The notes beneath the pieces are model-generated. The model worked only from the letters and a program-made list of their open reading frames with translations. It did no database searches and had not been told where the DNA came from. 64,000 bases of DNA from Gammaproteobacteria bacterium (GTDB taxonomy: Bacteria > Pseudomonadota > Gammaproteobacteria > QZLD01), in contig JAWSVA010000004.1 of NCBI GenBank assembly GCA_033852155.1, positions 7,830-71,829 of the forward strand, written 5' to 3'. The position numbers and the translations under genes are program-made. Below are positions 29,618 to 39,384 of the stretch, piece by piece (positions within the stretch are counted from its first letter, which is position 1; every line of letters begins with the position of its first letter).

Positions 29618-30376
29618 TCAAGCGTTATTTTCAATATCAATAAATTCAACTTCAACTTCAAAATTTTCTGCCAAATATTCACCTAAAGCCTGAATACCAA
29701 ATTTTTCTGTTGCGTGATGCCCTGCTGCAAAATAGCTAATGCCCAGTTCTTTAGCCATATGAGGAGTTCTTTCAGAAATCTCACCGGAAATAAATGCATC
29801 AACACCAGCCAATGCAGCTTCCTCGATAAAATCCTGAGCGGCACCAGTACATATGCCTACACTTGAAATTAACTTGTCACTAGAACCTGTAATTTCAGGT
29901 TTACGCCCCAAAATCGACGCAATTTTTTTCTGTAAATCAACCGCTGATAACTTAGTTGCTAACCTACCATAAATTCCAAGATCAATATTACCTGCTCTGC
30001 CAAAACCACCCTCAACTGTAACCTCTAGCCTCTTAGCCAATAGTGCGTTATTTCCCACCCCTGAATGTATATCTAACGGAAGATGGTATACCAGCAAATT
30101 TAAATTATTTTTAATTAACGATCGAATTCTCCCCCCCTTAACCCCAGTTATTGTCGGCTCCTCTCCTTTCCAAAAAAAACCATGGTGCACCAATATAGTA
30201 TCAGCACCTCTTGATACTGCTGCATCAATCAAATCAATATTTGCCGATACACCCGTAATAATTTTATTAACTTCAGTTGTGGATTCAATTTGTAAACCAT
30301 TAGGACAATAATCTCTAACCTTATCAACCGCTAGAAATTCATCTAAATGAGCTATCACATCTACCAACTTTATCAT
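29618..30376 (-). CDS. Nif3-family dinuclear-metal-centre protein (YbgI-like)
   Basis: 252 aa. It has the N-terminal CPNGLQIE motif and a C-terminal HHATE motif. Confidence 0.85.
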   Translation of the reverse strand: MIKLVDVIAHLDEFLAVDKVRDYCPNGLQIESTTEVNKIITGVSANIDLIDAAVSRGADTILVHHGFFWKGEEPTITGVKGGRIRSLIKNNLNLLVYHLPLDIHSGVGNNALLAKRLEVTVEGGFGRAGNIDLGIYGRLATKLSAVDLQKKIASILGRKPEITGSSDKLISSVGICTGAAQDFIEEAALAGVDAFISGEISERTPHMAKELGISYFAAGHHATEKFGIQALGEYLAENFEVEVEFIDIENNA

Positions 30377-30541
30377 TAATTAACTTCCTTATAACTCAGT
30401 GATACCTAACTATGCCTTTATCCATAACCAATGCACGTATGTATGCTAATATTGAAGCATACATACTAGTCTACGGCTAATATATTTCAGCCAAAGATTA
30501 TAGCTAAATTTTCATCCAAAACTTTTGCAGCTGGACTACAC

Positions 30542-31717
30542 ATGAAAACGCCACGTTTTGTTAAGCATATAATAAGTTATATTGCTGTTGGATTTGCTGC
30601 CGCAATTTTAACAATAATATATTTACCAAGTGATTCAGAAGAAAATAGTAATTCTATTAAGGGCAACAAATACACTTCTGTTATCTCAGAGCAAATAACC
30701 CCAACTAGCAAGTCAAACATATATGAACCTGTCTCATATGCAGAAGCAGTAAAGAAAGCAGCTCCGGCAGTTGTAAATATTCATACAGCTAAAATGGTGC
30801 AGCAACAAAATAGATTTTTTTCAGACCCATTATTTCGTCAATTTTTCGGTGTTCCAAATCAATCCAAACAAAAGCCAAAATTGCAAACCAGCCTTGGGTC
30901 CGGAGTTATTTTTGAAAGCGATGGGTTCATCGTAACCAACAATCACGTCATTGATGGTGCAGATGAGATTATTGTCGTGCTGCACGATGGACGCTCTGCA
31001 GCAGCCACAGTAGTTGGAACCGATAGCGAAACTGACTTAGCTATTCTTCAAATCAAACTTCCAGACCTACCATCAATATCTATCGGCAATTCTGATAATC
31101 TTGAAGTGGGCGATGTGGTTCTAGCAATTGGCAATCCATTTGGTGTTGGGCAAACGGTTACTCAAGGAATTGTAAGTGCTAAAGGGCGCAATGAGCTTGG
31201 TATAAGCACTTTTGAAAACTTTATCCAAACTGATGCAGCAATCAACCCAGGAAACTCCGGTGGAGCCTTAATAAACGCATATGGTGACTTAACAGGAATT
31301 AATACCGCTATCTTTAGTAAATCCGGTGGTTCACACGGAATCGGTTTTGCCATACCTGTAAACCTGGCAAAAATGGTAAAAGACAACATCACTGAAAGCG
31401 GCTTTGTTAAACGTGGTTGGCTTGGAATTGAACCACAAGAGATCACCTCAAGGCTTGCTGAATCATTCAGCCTTAATTCAACTAACGGGGTAATTATAGC
31501 TGGGGTCTATCGCGGTGGCCCGGCAGACAAAGCTGGCCTCAAACCAGGTGATATTATTTTCAAGATTAACGACATTGAAATAATCAATGCCTCAAAAGCG
31601 ATAAACTACCTGGCTACAATCAAACCTGGAAAAAGCGTTACGATTGAGGGAATTAAAAACAGTAAGGCCTTTACAACACAAGCAATACTTATTCAACGGC
31701 CAAATACCTCTAAATAA
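30542..31717 (+). CDS. Periplasmic serine endoprotease, DegS/AlgW-like (trypsin domain plus a single PDZ).
   Basis: 391 aa. There is an N-terminal membrane anchor. The catalytic triad context is TNNHVI, D and GNSGGAL. One C-terminal PDZ is present. It is divergent from the nif3-like gene, as algW is in Pseudomonas. Confidence 0.8.
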   Translation: MKTPRFVKHIISYIAVGFAAAILTIIYLPSDSEENSNSIKGNKYTSVISEQITPTSKSNIYEPVSYAEAVKKAAPAVVNIHTAKMVQQQNRFFSDPLFRQFFGVPNQSKQKPKLQTSLGSGVIFESDGFIVTNNHVIDGADEIIVVLHDGRSAAATVVGTDSETDLAILQIKLPDLPSISIGNSDNLEVGDVVLAIGNPFGVGQTVTQGIVSAKGRNELGISTFENFIQTDAAINPGNSGGALINAYGDLTGINTAIFSKSGGSHGIGFAIPVNLAKMVKDNITESGFVKRGWLGIEPQEITSRLAESFSLNSTNGVIIAGVYRGGPADKAGLKPGDIIFKINDIEIINASKAINYLATIKPGKSVTIEGIKNSKAFTTQAILIQRPNTSK

Positions 31718-31785
31718 TTGACGTACAAGCATAGCAAGTTAACCCGTTAAATTTTAGATATACACTCCATAGGGATGATCAAGAT

Positions 31786-32757
31786 ATGGCATCACCTTTA
31801 GCAAAATTTTTCATGTATGCTGCACTAATAATATCGACAGCAGTGTCTTCAACATCTTTTAGTATTGACACATCATCACTAAAAGAGGCGAAGATTTTCA
31901 ATCAAAATCTAACCGGTAACATTGAAAGTAGCCTACTTAACGAAGCTAGTGGAATTACTAGATCTGGCTATAGCAACGATATTTTTTGGCTTATTAACGA
32001 CGGTGGTGATGAACCGTTTATCTACGCACTAAATAAACAAGGAAAAGACCTTGGGCGCTATTATATTAAGGGCATTGATAACCGTGATTGGGAAGACATT
32101 AGTAGCTTTAAACTAGATAATCAAAACTATTTAATTATTGCGGATACTGGAGATAACGACTCAAAACACAAACACTCTTTTCTCTATATAATAAAAGAGC
32201 CAAAAATCACCAATAATTATTCAAACAGACTAACTAGATTAAAGCTAAGTTGGAGAATCAGGTTCCAATATCAAAATGGGCCTCGTGACTGCGAATCAAT
32301 AGCCGTTGATACTGAGAACAACCGTATTTTATTGTTAAGTAAGCGCACAATTCCCGCGATTATGTATGAACTACCATTAAAACCAAACAAGAAGCGTCGA
32401 CTTTTAAAAGCCACGCCTATCGCAAAACTTAATAGCATCCCTCAACCAGGAATATTTTTCATTATCACCAACCCAATTTATGGTCGATATGCATCTCAGC
32501 CTACAGCAATAGATATTAGCCTTGATGGAATGGAGCTAGCTGTATTAACTTATAAATTTGGCTACATCTATCAGCGTAATAATAATCAATCATGGGAAGA
32601 GGCTCTAACGAGCTCTCCAGAAGTATTTGATCTACCACAATTGGCCCAAGCTGAGGCTTTAAGCTTCGATATTAATAATGATATATTAATTACCAGCGAA
32701 AAAAGTCATGCCCCCCTATACTTAATCAAGCGCTCAAACGGCACCTCAACAAAATAA
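31786..32757 (+). CDS. Secreted hypothetical protein, possibly of the beta-propeller SdiA-regulated/phytase-like type.
   Basis: 323 aa with an N-terminal signal-like segment. The motifs NEASGIT and IIADTGDND are present. Family recognition is weak. Confidence 0.45.
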   Translation: MASPLAKFFMYAALIISTAVSSTSFSIDTSSLKEAKIFNQNLTGNIESSLLNEASGITRSGYSNDIFWLINDGGDEPFIYALNKQGKDLGRYYIKGIDNRDWEDISSFKLDNQNYLIIADTGDNDSKHKHSFLYIIKEPKITNNYSNRLTRLKLSWRIRFQYQNGPRDCESIAVDTENNRILLLSKRTIPAIMYELPLKPNKKRRLLKATPIAKLNSIPQPGIFFIITNPIYGRYASQPTAIDISLDGMELAVLTYKFGYIYQRNNNQSWEEALTSSPEVFDLPQLAQAEALSFDINNDILITSEKSHAPLYLIKRSNGTSTK

Positions 32758-32970
32758 AACACTTCCTTTAAATCAATATATTAAACCAACAAACCTCATC
32801 TTCAATTGTTCAATCAATATATTTCTAAAGTGCATACGGCAAATAGCACTATTCATAAAGCAAATGCAGACTATACATTTTGCTGCATTGCACAAAACAC
32901 CAGTTTATTATATATTTAAACCATAGAGAGATTATTCTCAATGACAACAACTATTTGTAAGGAGGTTATT

Positions 32971-33153
32971 ATGAACTATACGACAAATAGATATACAGAC
33001 CACAACTATAAAACTGCGAACACCTTTGATGAAAGTCTTAACATCAGACCTTATCAAGCCACTACAAGAGGCGCAAAAGTATTCACAGAATTGAAAAAGG
33101 AAACTTTCATGCAAAACATCCTCAACCACATGAGGAAACCAGAAGGAAGATAA
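32971..33153 (+). CDS. Small hypothetical protein of about 60 aa.
   Basis: A strong Shine-Dalgarno AAGGAGG sits 5 nt upstream of the ATG at 32971. A rho-independent terminator (ctccagc-aactc-gctggag-TTTTT at 33181-33204) follows the stop. Nothing in the protein was recognised. Confidence 0.35.
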   Translation: MNYTTNRYTDHNYKTANTFDESLNIRPYQATTRGAKVFTELKKETFMQNILNHMRKPEGR

Positions 33154-33231
33154 CATGGACGTTACATCATTTATCTAAAACTCCAGCAACTCGCTGGAGT
33201 TTTTCTATTAACTACTGCAAAACAAACTAAT

Positions 33232-34554
33232 CTAATTTTTACGCGCTTTCTTGTCCAGCTCCTGCAACTGATCTAATTTTCCCTTAATCTTAATTTCAAG
33301 CCCTCTTTCAACAGGGTGGTAATATTTCGTCTCCATATGAATGTTATCTGGGAAATATGTTTCACCAGCAGCATATGCACCTGGTTCATCATGAGCATAG
33401 CGATATTCTTTACCGTAACCTAGTTCCTTCATAAGTTTTGTTGGGGAGTTACGCAAATGAATTGGAACTTCAGAGGTACCATTACTCTTAATGTCTTTTC
33501 GCACAGCATTATGCGCCACATAAACAGCATTACTCTTAGGAGCTGCAGCCAAATAAAGCACAGCCTGGCTTAAAGCCAATTCTCCCTCTGGACTTCCAAG
33601 GCGTTCAAATGCATCCCAGGCATTAATAGTAATCTGTAACGCACGAGGATCAGCATTACCAATTTCCTCACTTGCCATACGCACTATACGTCGCGCTAGA
33701 TAGATTGGGTCACATCCACCATCCAACATTCTGTGCAACCAATAAAGAGCAGCATCTGGTGCCGAGCCACGCACAGATTTATGTAATGCTGATATCTGGT
33801 CGTAGAAATATTCTCCACCCTTATCAAACCTACGCCCACCACCAGCAACTATTTCACTAATCGTGTCGGCTTTAATTTTATTAGCGCCTTCAACATGCTC
33901 GGCAAAGTCAGAAGCGATCTCTAACACTGTTAGTGCTCGCCTTGCATCACCATCAGCATTATCGACAATCAGATCAATTGCTCGATCTTCTATCTCCAGC
34001 TGTTTACCCCCAAGACCACGTTCACTATCAGCAACTGCAGATTCTATTACCTGTCTGATCTCCTCATGAGTCAGCGATTTTAAAACGTAGGTTCTTAACC
34101 TGGATAACAGCGCATTATTCAGTTCAAATGATGGATTTTCTGTTGTAGCACCAACAAAAGTGATGGTTCCATCTTCAATAAAAGGTAAAAATGCATCTTG
34201 CTGTGATTTATTAAAACGGTGCACTTCATCAATAAACAAGATGGTTCTCTTTTGGAACATTTGCAGGTTTTGCCGTGCAGAATCAACTGCAGCTCGAATA
34301 TCCTTTACCCCAGACATTACCGCCGAAATAGAGACAAAATCAGCATCACAACAAGTGGCGATTATGCGGGCAATGGTTGTCTTACCCGTTCCTGGAGGCC
34401 CCCAAAAGACCATAGAGTGGACAACGCCGGCATCCAAAATATCTCGCAACGGACGACCTTCAGCTAATAGGTGCGATTGTCCAATATATTCGGTGATATC
34501 ACGCGGGCGCATCCGATCCGCAAGAGGTTTATGCTGCATAGATGGATTATTCAT
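33232..34554 (-). CDS. rarA: Replication-associated recombination protein A (AAA+ ATPase)
   Basis: 440 aa. Walker A is GPPGTGKTT and Walker B is ILFIDEVHRFNK. The C-terminal MgsA tetramerisation region is present. It is adjacent to lolA, as in E. coli. Confidence 0.9.
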   Translation of the reverse strand: MNNPSMQHKPLADRMRPRDITEYIGQSHLLAEGRPLRDILDAGVVHSMVFWGPPGTGKTTIARIIATCCDADFVSISAVMSGVKDIRAAVDSARQNLQMFQKRTILFIDEVHRFNKSQQDAFLPFIEDGTITFVGATTENPSFELNNALLSRLRTYVLKSLTHEEIRQVIESAVADSERGLGGKQLEIEDRAIDLIVDNADGDARRALTVLEIASDFAEHVEGANKIKADTISEIVAGGGRRFDKGGEYFYDQISALHKSVRGSAPDAALYWLHRMLDGGCDPIYLARRIVRMASEEIGNADPRALQITINAWDAFERLGSPEGELALSQAVLYLAAAPKSNAVYVAHNAVRKDIKSNGTSEVPIHLRNSPTKLMKELGYGKEYRYAHDEPGAYAAGETYFPDNIHMETKYYHPVERGLEIKIKGKLDQLQELDKKARKN

Positions 34555-34560
34555 TGCGGG

Positions 34561-35241
34561 TTATTTTTCTATGCCGATAACATCAACACCTTCAGGGGGA
34601 ACAAAGCTAAAAATAGCCTCATCCAAATCAATATTAAGCTGTAGGTTTTCAAATTCAAGATAAGTCAATTGATCAAATTTATCTGCAATCTGCACCACTT
34701 TTAATACATCATCAGCAAAACCAAGCCTAATAGAACCGTACTCGCTGTTTGGATTCTTTGGAGTAAATAATACCCACTTTACCCCCTGAGACTCACCAGC
34801 AAATGAGGTATCAAACTCCTTTTCAACCGCACCAAATCCTTCAGTCAAAATACTAACAGGTGTTGAGTTAATCGCATTCGCTTGCTCACGCACAGTAACC
34901 TGATCCAAATCTTTATCAAACACCCAAAGCTTAGTACCATCTGCCAGAATCATCTGTTCATATGGCTTTTGATAATCCCAACGGAACCGATTAGGGCGAC
35001 TCATAGTTAACACGCCCTCAACCTGCTGCGTTACCTTGCCACCTGCATCAAAAGAAACCTGTTTGAAGTCAGTTTTTACCTGTTTAGCGCTATCAAAAAA
35101 ATTCTTTAATAGCTTTCTCGCCTCACTATTATCAACCAGACCTTGATTGACCGTAGCCTTCTCAGCAGCGATTGCATTAACCTCTGTTAATAAAGAGATT
35201 GCCAGAAAAAAGGCTAAAACAATAGTCTTAAAAATTTTCAT
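34561..35241 (-). CDS. lolA: Outer-membrane lipoprotein carrier protein LolA
   Basis: 226 aa with a signal peptide. The size and synteny (lolA-rarA) fit LolA. Confidence 0.8.
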   Translation of the reverse strand: MKIFKTIVLAFFLAISLLTEVNAIAAEKATVNQGLVDNSEARKLLKNFFDSAKQVKTDFKQVSFDAGGKVTQQVEGVLTMSRPNRFRWDYQKPYEQMILADGTKLWVFDKDLDQVTVREQANAINSTPVSILTEGFGAVEKEFDTSFAGESQGVKWVLFTPKNPNSEYGSIRLGFADDVLKVVQIADKFDQLTYLEFENLQLNIDLDEAIFSFVPPEGVDVIGIEK

Positions 35242-35243
35242 AG

Positions 35244-36020
35244 TTATCTTTTCGCCGGAAATAGTTTAAAAAAGTTCTCTGTTGTATAGGCCGCAACCTG
35301 CTCAAAAGGTTCCCCCCTTAACTGAGCAATATATTCAGCTACATAACGCACGTAAGCAGGAACGTTCTTTTTGCCTCTATGTGGCACAGGAGCAAGAAAT
35401 GGGGAATCAGTCTCTATCAACAATCTATCTTGAGGAATGGTTCGAGCAACCTCTTTGATATCAGCTGCAGAATTAAATGTCACGATGCCAGAGATGCCAA
35501 TATGGAAATTAAGATCGATAACATGCTTAGCATCCTCAACATTGCCGGTAAAGCAGTGAACCACACCACCAATCTCTTCAGCATTCTCTTCTGCCATAAT
35601 CTTTACCGCATCATCATAGGCATCACGAATATGAATAATCAGTGGCTTTTTTGCCTCACGAGCTGCTGCAATATGCGTTCTAAATCTATCACGCTGCCAA
35701 TCTAAATCACCACTACTGCGAAAATAATCAAGGCCAGTTTCACCTATCGCAATCACCTTCTCATCTGCCGCACACTTAACCAGCTCTGCTTTAGTTACTT
35801 CTGGCTGATTATCATCATTTGGGTGTACCCCAACAGAGGCATAGACATTATCAAACCTGTTAGCTATACCCAAAATAGTTGGAAAATCCTGCATATTTAT
35901 CGATACACACTGCATAAAACTGACATCATTTTCCTTAGCTTGCTCGATATAAGCAGCAACAGCACCTTCGCTATACTCTTTTTCCATGATATCTAAATGA
36001 CAATGAGAATCGACTAACAT
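35244..36020 (-). CDS. TatD-family metal-dependent hydrolase (YcfH-like)
   Basis: 258 aa with the N-terminal DSHCHLD motif, plus ETD and HCF motifs. It lies downstream of holB-pilZ, as in Pseudomonas. Confidence 0.85.
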   Translation of the reverse strand: MLVDSHCHLDIMEKEYSEGAVAAYIEQAKENDVSFMQCVSINMQDFPTILGIANRFDNVYASVGVHPNDDNQPEVTKAELVKCAADEKVIAIGETGLDYFRSSGDLDWQRDRFRTHIAAAREAKKPLIIHIRDAYDDAVKIMAEENAEEIGGVVHCFTGNVEDAKHVIDLNFHIGISGIVTFNSAADIKEVARTIPQDRLLIETDSPFLAPVPHRGKKNVPAYVRYVAEYIAQLRGEPFEQVAAYTTENFFKLFPAKR

Positions 36021-36284
36021 AAAAACCTCAAAAAATTCCTACAATTGGTATGGTAGCAGGCAAGAATGCCGCTGCAGATGTGAATTCTAACTTAATTGCC
36101 ATTATTTAGAAAATAAGAGTGTCATTTAATAAATATGGCTATAATTCGCAGGATATTTTTTCAAAGACGCGGCGCAGTGAAGACTTTAGAAGGAGTTGAC
36201 TCCTAGTCAATGACTGCCCTTCGACTACGTTCAGGAACCATGTCTGAAGTTGTAACGCAGTATTCGGAGAAATAAACCAGAATT

Positions 36285-36635
36285 TTACATAGTGTGGGTT
36301 GGACGTTCAGAAGTAGTAGTTCCAGCTAAATAAGTTTCAATCTTAGCGCGAGCAGGCCCACCATCTTTATCAGTAAACTGTAAACCAATTCCTGCGGTTC
36401 TATTGCCCTGAGCACCTTTAGGCGTAATCCAAACAACCTTTCCTACTACTGGTATTTTTTCTGTCTCTTCCATTAGTGTAAGCAGAATAAATACTTCATC
36501 ACCTAGGTTATAGGTATTGTTGGTTGGGACAAATAATCCGCCGTTTTTTATATAAGATAAATATGCCGCATAAAGAGCATTTTTATCTTTTATTGTTAAT
36601 GACAATATTCCTTGTCTTGCTCCAGGTGAACTCAT
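36285..36635 (-). CDS. pilZ: Type IV pilus assembly PilZ-domain protein
   Basis: 116 aa. It sits immediately downstream of holB, as in P. aeruginosa. It has the PilZ fold pattern but lacks intact RxxxR/DxSxxG motifs, like the non-binding PilZ paralogue. Confidence 0.75.
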   Translation of the reverse strand: MSSPGARQGILSLTIKDKNALYAAYLSYIKNGGLFVPTNNTYNLGDEVFILLTLMEETEKIPVVGKVVWITPKGAQGNRTAGIGLQFTDKDGGPARAKIETYLAGTTTSERPTHTM

Positions 36636-36642
36636 ATTTGCC

Positions 36643-37620
36643 CTATTTATCTATATATATCCAACTAACAAAAAGATCTTCTAACACTAATTGTAGATTT
36701 GCTTGACGATCAATCAAGCTTATCGATGTAGAAATTTTATCATAATAACCATATAAGCTTGAAATTGAAATATTTTTCGAGAGAGATCCTAGCCTATTTA
36801 CTAAATCAAAATTCGTTATTTCAGTGATACTTCCAAGCATTTTCAGCTTTATCATATCTTCAATCCAACTCAATACCCATCCTATAGTTCTACGATTTGT
36901 CACCTTACTTAATTTTTCAGCTGCTGTAGTTGCCGTGACCTTTCCTGCCCTTAACCCTTCAAAAAGGGCAAACTGATTTTCCCTTTGCTGTAAATAATCA
37001 CTATCTAAGTATTTTTTCGCCTCTACAGGGCTAGAATCAGCAAGACTAAGAGCTAAATCAATATTATTATAATCACCTTGGGAACTAATCCATCTCACAG
37101 CATCATTGTGTACTGGAGGGTTAAATTCTATCACCTGGCAGCGACTCCTAACAGTGGCAGGCAAATTAGTTGTACTCTCAGCAACTAGAATTATTAGGCT
37201 GTTTTTTGTTGGCTCCTCTAATGTTTTTAACAAACTATTAGATGCATTTCGATTCATCTTGTCAGCAGGACAAATAACCCCAGTCTTATACGATGAAAGC
37301 TGACTACTATAAACAAAAAAACCACAGAAACCGCGAATTTGATCTACGAGTATACTCTTACCCTCATTAGCAGGAAGTATCTCTTTATAGTCTGGATGGG
37401 TATCTGCCCTCAATAACTTACACGTATGACAGACTCCACAAGCCTTACCTTCCAACTTACTTCCACACAATACAAAAGTCGATAGGCTTTTGGCAAATTC
37501 AAATTTACCCAGCCCTTTTGCACCTTGAAGTAATATTGCATGCGGCATCCTATCAGCATCAAACGCGGATATCATCTGTTGCCACTGCTTTTGATTCCAA
37601 GGGTAGATCTGGCTTTCCAA
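36643..37620 (-). CDS. holB: DNA polymerase III delta-prime subunit
   Basis: 325 aa. The Zn module is CGVCHTC. An AAA+ like fold is present. tmk-holB synteny is conserved. Confidence 0.85.
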   Translation of the reverse strand: MESQIYPWNQKQWQQMISAFDADRMPHAILLQGAKGLGKFEFAKSLSTFVLCGSKLEGKACGVCHTCKLLRADTHPDYKEILPANEGKSILVDQIRGFCGFFVYSSQLSSYKTGVICPADKMNRNASNSLLKTLEEPTKNSLIILVAESTTNLPATVRSRCQVIEFNPPVHNDAVRWISSQGDYNNIDLALSLADSSPVEAKKYLDSDYLQQRENQFALFEGLRAGKVTATTAAEKLSKVTNRRTIGWVLSWIEDMIKLKMLGSITEITNFDLVNRLGSLSKNISISSLYGYYDKISTSISLIDRQANLQLVLEDLFVSWIYIDK

Positions 37621-37628
37621 AGTTTTTC

Positions 37629-38303
37629 CTAAGCTGTGTTTAAATCATTACTAGCCTTAATTTTGGCTAATTTTTCTTCCAGAACAGATTTTATCTGCTC
37701 CTGTACCTCATAGATAGTTTTAGATGCATCGATCACCCTAAACCTATCAGGAGATGCATTTGCTCGCCGACGATATATTTCTGCAACTCGATGAAAAAAA
37801 CTCATTTTCTCAACCTCAAAGCGATCAAGTTCACCTCTTCTACTTGCACGCTCCATCCCGACTTCAACAGGAAGATCTAACAACAGGGTCATATCTGGAC
37901 GTAACGCCCCTTGCACCCAATCTTCAATTACTGAAATTCGTTTTGGGTCAATACCCCTCCCCGCCCCTTGATAGGCATAAGTGGCATCAGTAAATCTATC
38001 CGACACCACCCAATTCCCTGCATCTAATGCTGGAGAAATTTTCTTGGCTATGTGCTCAGCTCTAGCTGCAAACATCAATAATAGTTCTGTATCTGCAGAC
38101 ATCCCTAAGTAATCGTTATTTAATAAAATTCCGCGTACATCTTCACCAAGATCTGTCCCCCCTGGCTCTCGAGTAAAAACTGTTTGTATATCATTTTTTT
38201 GAAGAAAATCTTTTATAAAATCCAAGCAAGTTGATTTTCCAGCCCCTTCACCACCCTCAACAGTGATAAACAAACCTTTCTTAATACCAAATTCATTTTT
38301 CAC
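37629..38303 (-). CDS. tmk: Thymidylate kinase
   Basis: 224 aa. The P-loop is FITVEGGEGAGKST and the DRF/DAT motifs are present. Confidence 0.9.
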   Translation of the reverse strand: MKNEFGIKKGLFITVEGGEGAGKSTCLDFIKDFLQKNDIQTVFTREPGGTDLGEDVRGILLNNDYLGMSADTELLLMFAARAEHIAKKISPALDAGNWVVSDRFTDATYAYQGAGRGIDPKRISVIEDWVQGALRPDMTLLLDLPVEVGMERASRRGELDRFEVEKMSFFHRVAEIYRRRANASPDRFRVIDASKTIYEVQEQIKSVLEEKLAKIKASNDLNTA

Positions 38304-39315
38304 CTGTTTTTTTCCTCTTGCGCTGATATTTATCTACTGCTCGATTATGCTCAACTAGTGTTGCTGAAAAGACGTGCGTACCGTCTCCATTTGCGACAAA
38401 GTAAAGTTCCTTTCCTTTTGCTGGATGTAGTACAGCATAGATCGATGCTTCGCCAGGCATAGCTATAGGGGTTGGAGGCAACCCTTTTCTAGTATAGGTG
38501 TTATATGGAGTATCCTTTTTAAGATCTCTGAAGCGGATATCACCTTTATATGCATCGCCCATCCCATAAATCACTGTTGGATCAGTCTGCAATCTAATCC
38601 CTTTTTTTAATCTTCTGGTAAAAACGCCTGCAATTTTATCTCTTTCAGAGCCAACTGCAGTCTCTTTTTCAACGATAGATGCCAGAACTAAGGCCTGATA
38701 CGATTTTTTGAGAGTAGCGCTCTTTTCCCTTTCAGACCAAAGTTTCTCAAGTTTTCTATTCATCACTTTATAAGCTCGCTTAAGAAATTGAGAGTCAGTA
38801 GTTCCTCTTGGAAAGTAATAAGTATCTGGGAAAAACATCCCTTCAGGGTGAATTCCAGCTGCACCTATCTTTTGCATTAACTGAGCATTGGGCAATCCCT
38901 GCAAGTCATGCACTAATATTTTATTTTTATCAATTTCAGCGAGCAGCTGTTTGAAAGACCACCCTTCTACGATAGTAAAGCTGTATTGAAATACTTTACC
39001 TTTTACCAGTAGCTTTAATAAATCTCTTGTGGTCATCCCCGGCAGAAAATCATACTCCCCAGCCTTGATCTTATTTGCAGTTCCGTCAAGGCGTGCCATA
39101 AGAGCAAAATAATGTTTATTGGTAATAATTTGATCATCTTCAAGGCGTTTAGCAAGTGAAGACATTGAGGTTCCAGGTGGCACTAAATATTTAACCGAAT
39201 GCATCCCAATACCAAGAGTTCTATTGGTAAAAAAACTATAATCTAAAACCAGCCATGCCGCTGCAGCGGAAATCAATAAAACCAATACTAATAGTATACC
39301 AAGGCTTTTTTTCAT
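38293..39315 (-). CDS. mltG: Endolytic murein transglycosylase MltG (YceG)
   Basis: 340 aa with an N-terminal TM segment, a LysM-like region and the YceG catalytic region. Synteny is pabC-mltG-tmk. Confidence 0.85.
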   Translation of the reverse strand: MKKSLGILLVLVLLISAAAAWLVLDYSFFTNRTLGIGMHSVKYLVPPGTSMSSLAKRLEDDQIITNKHYFALMARLDGTANKIKAGEYDFLPGMTTRDLLKLLVKGKVFQYSFTIVEGWSFKQLLAEIDKNKILVHDLQGLPNAQLMQKIGAAGIHPEGMFFPDTYYFPRGTTDSQFLKRAYKVMNRKLEKLWSEREKSATLKKSYQALVLASIVEKETAVGSERDKIAGVFTRRLKKGIRLQTDPTVIYGMGDAYKGDIRFRDLKKDTPYNTYTRKGLPPTPIAMPGEASIYAVLHPAKGKELYFVANGDGTHVFSATLVEHNRAVDKYQRKRKKTGEK

Positions 39316-39384
39316 ACCTTTTCCTAATAACTAAACGTTTACCTAACTTTAAAAAAACAGATCAAAGCCACAGCCATGACTATT

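Noticed and set aside
32938-33156. Cys-rich 72-aa minus-strand ORF.
   Set aside because: The overlapping plus-strand ORF has a perfect Shine-Dalgarno and a terminator. The minus-strand one has neither. It is kept only as a formal alternative.
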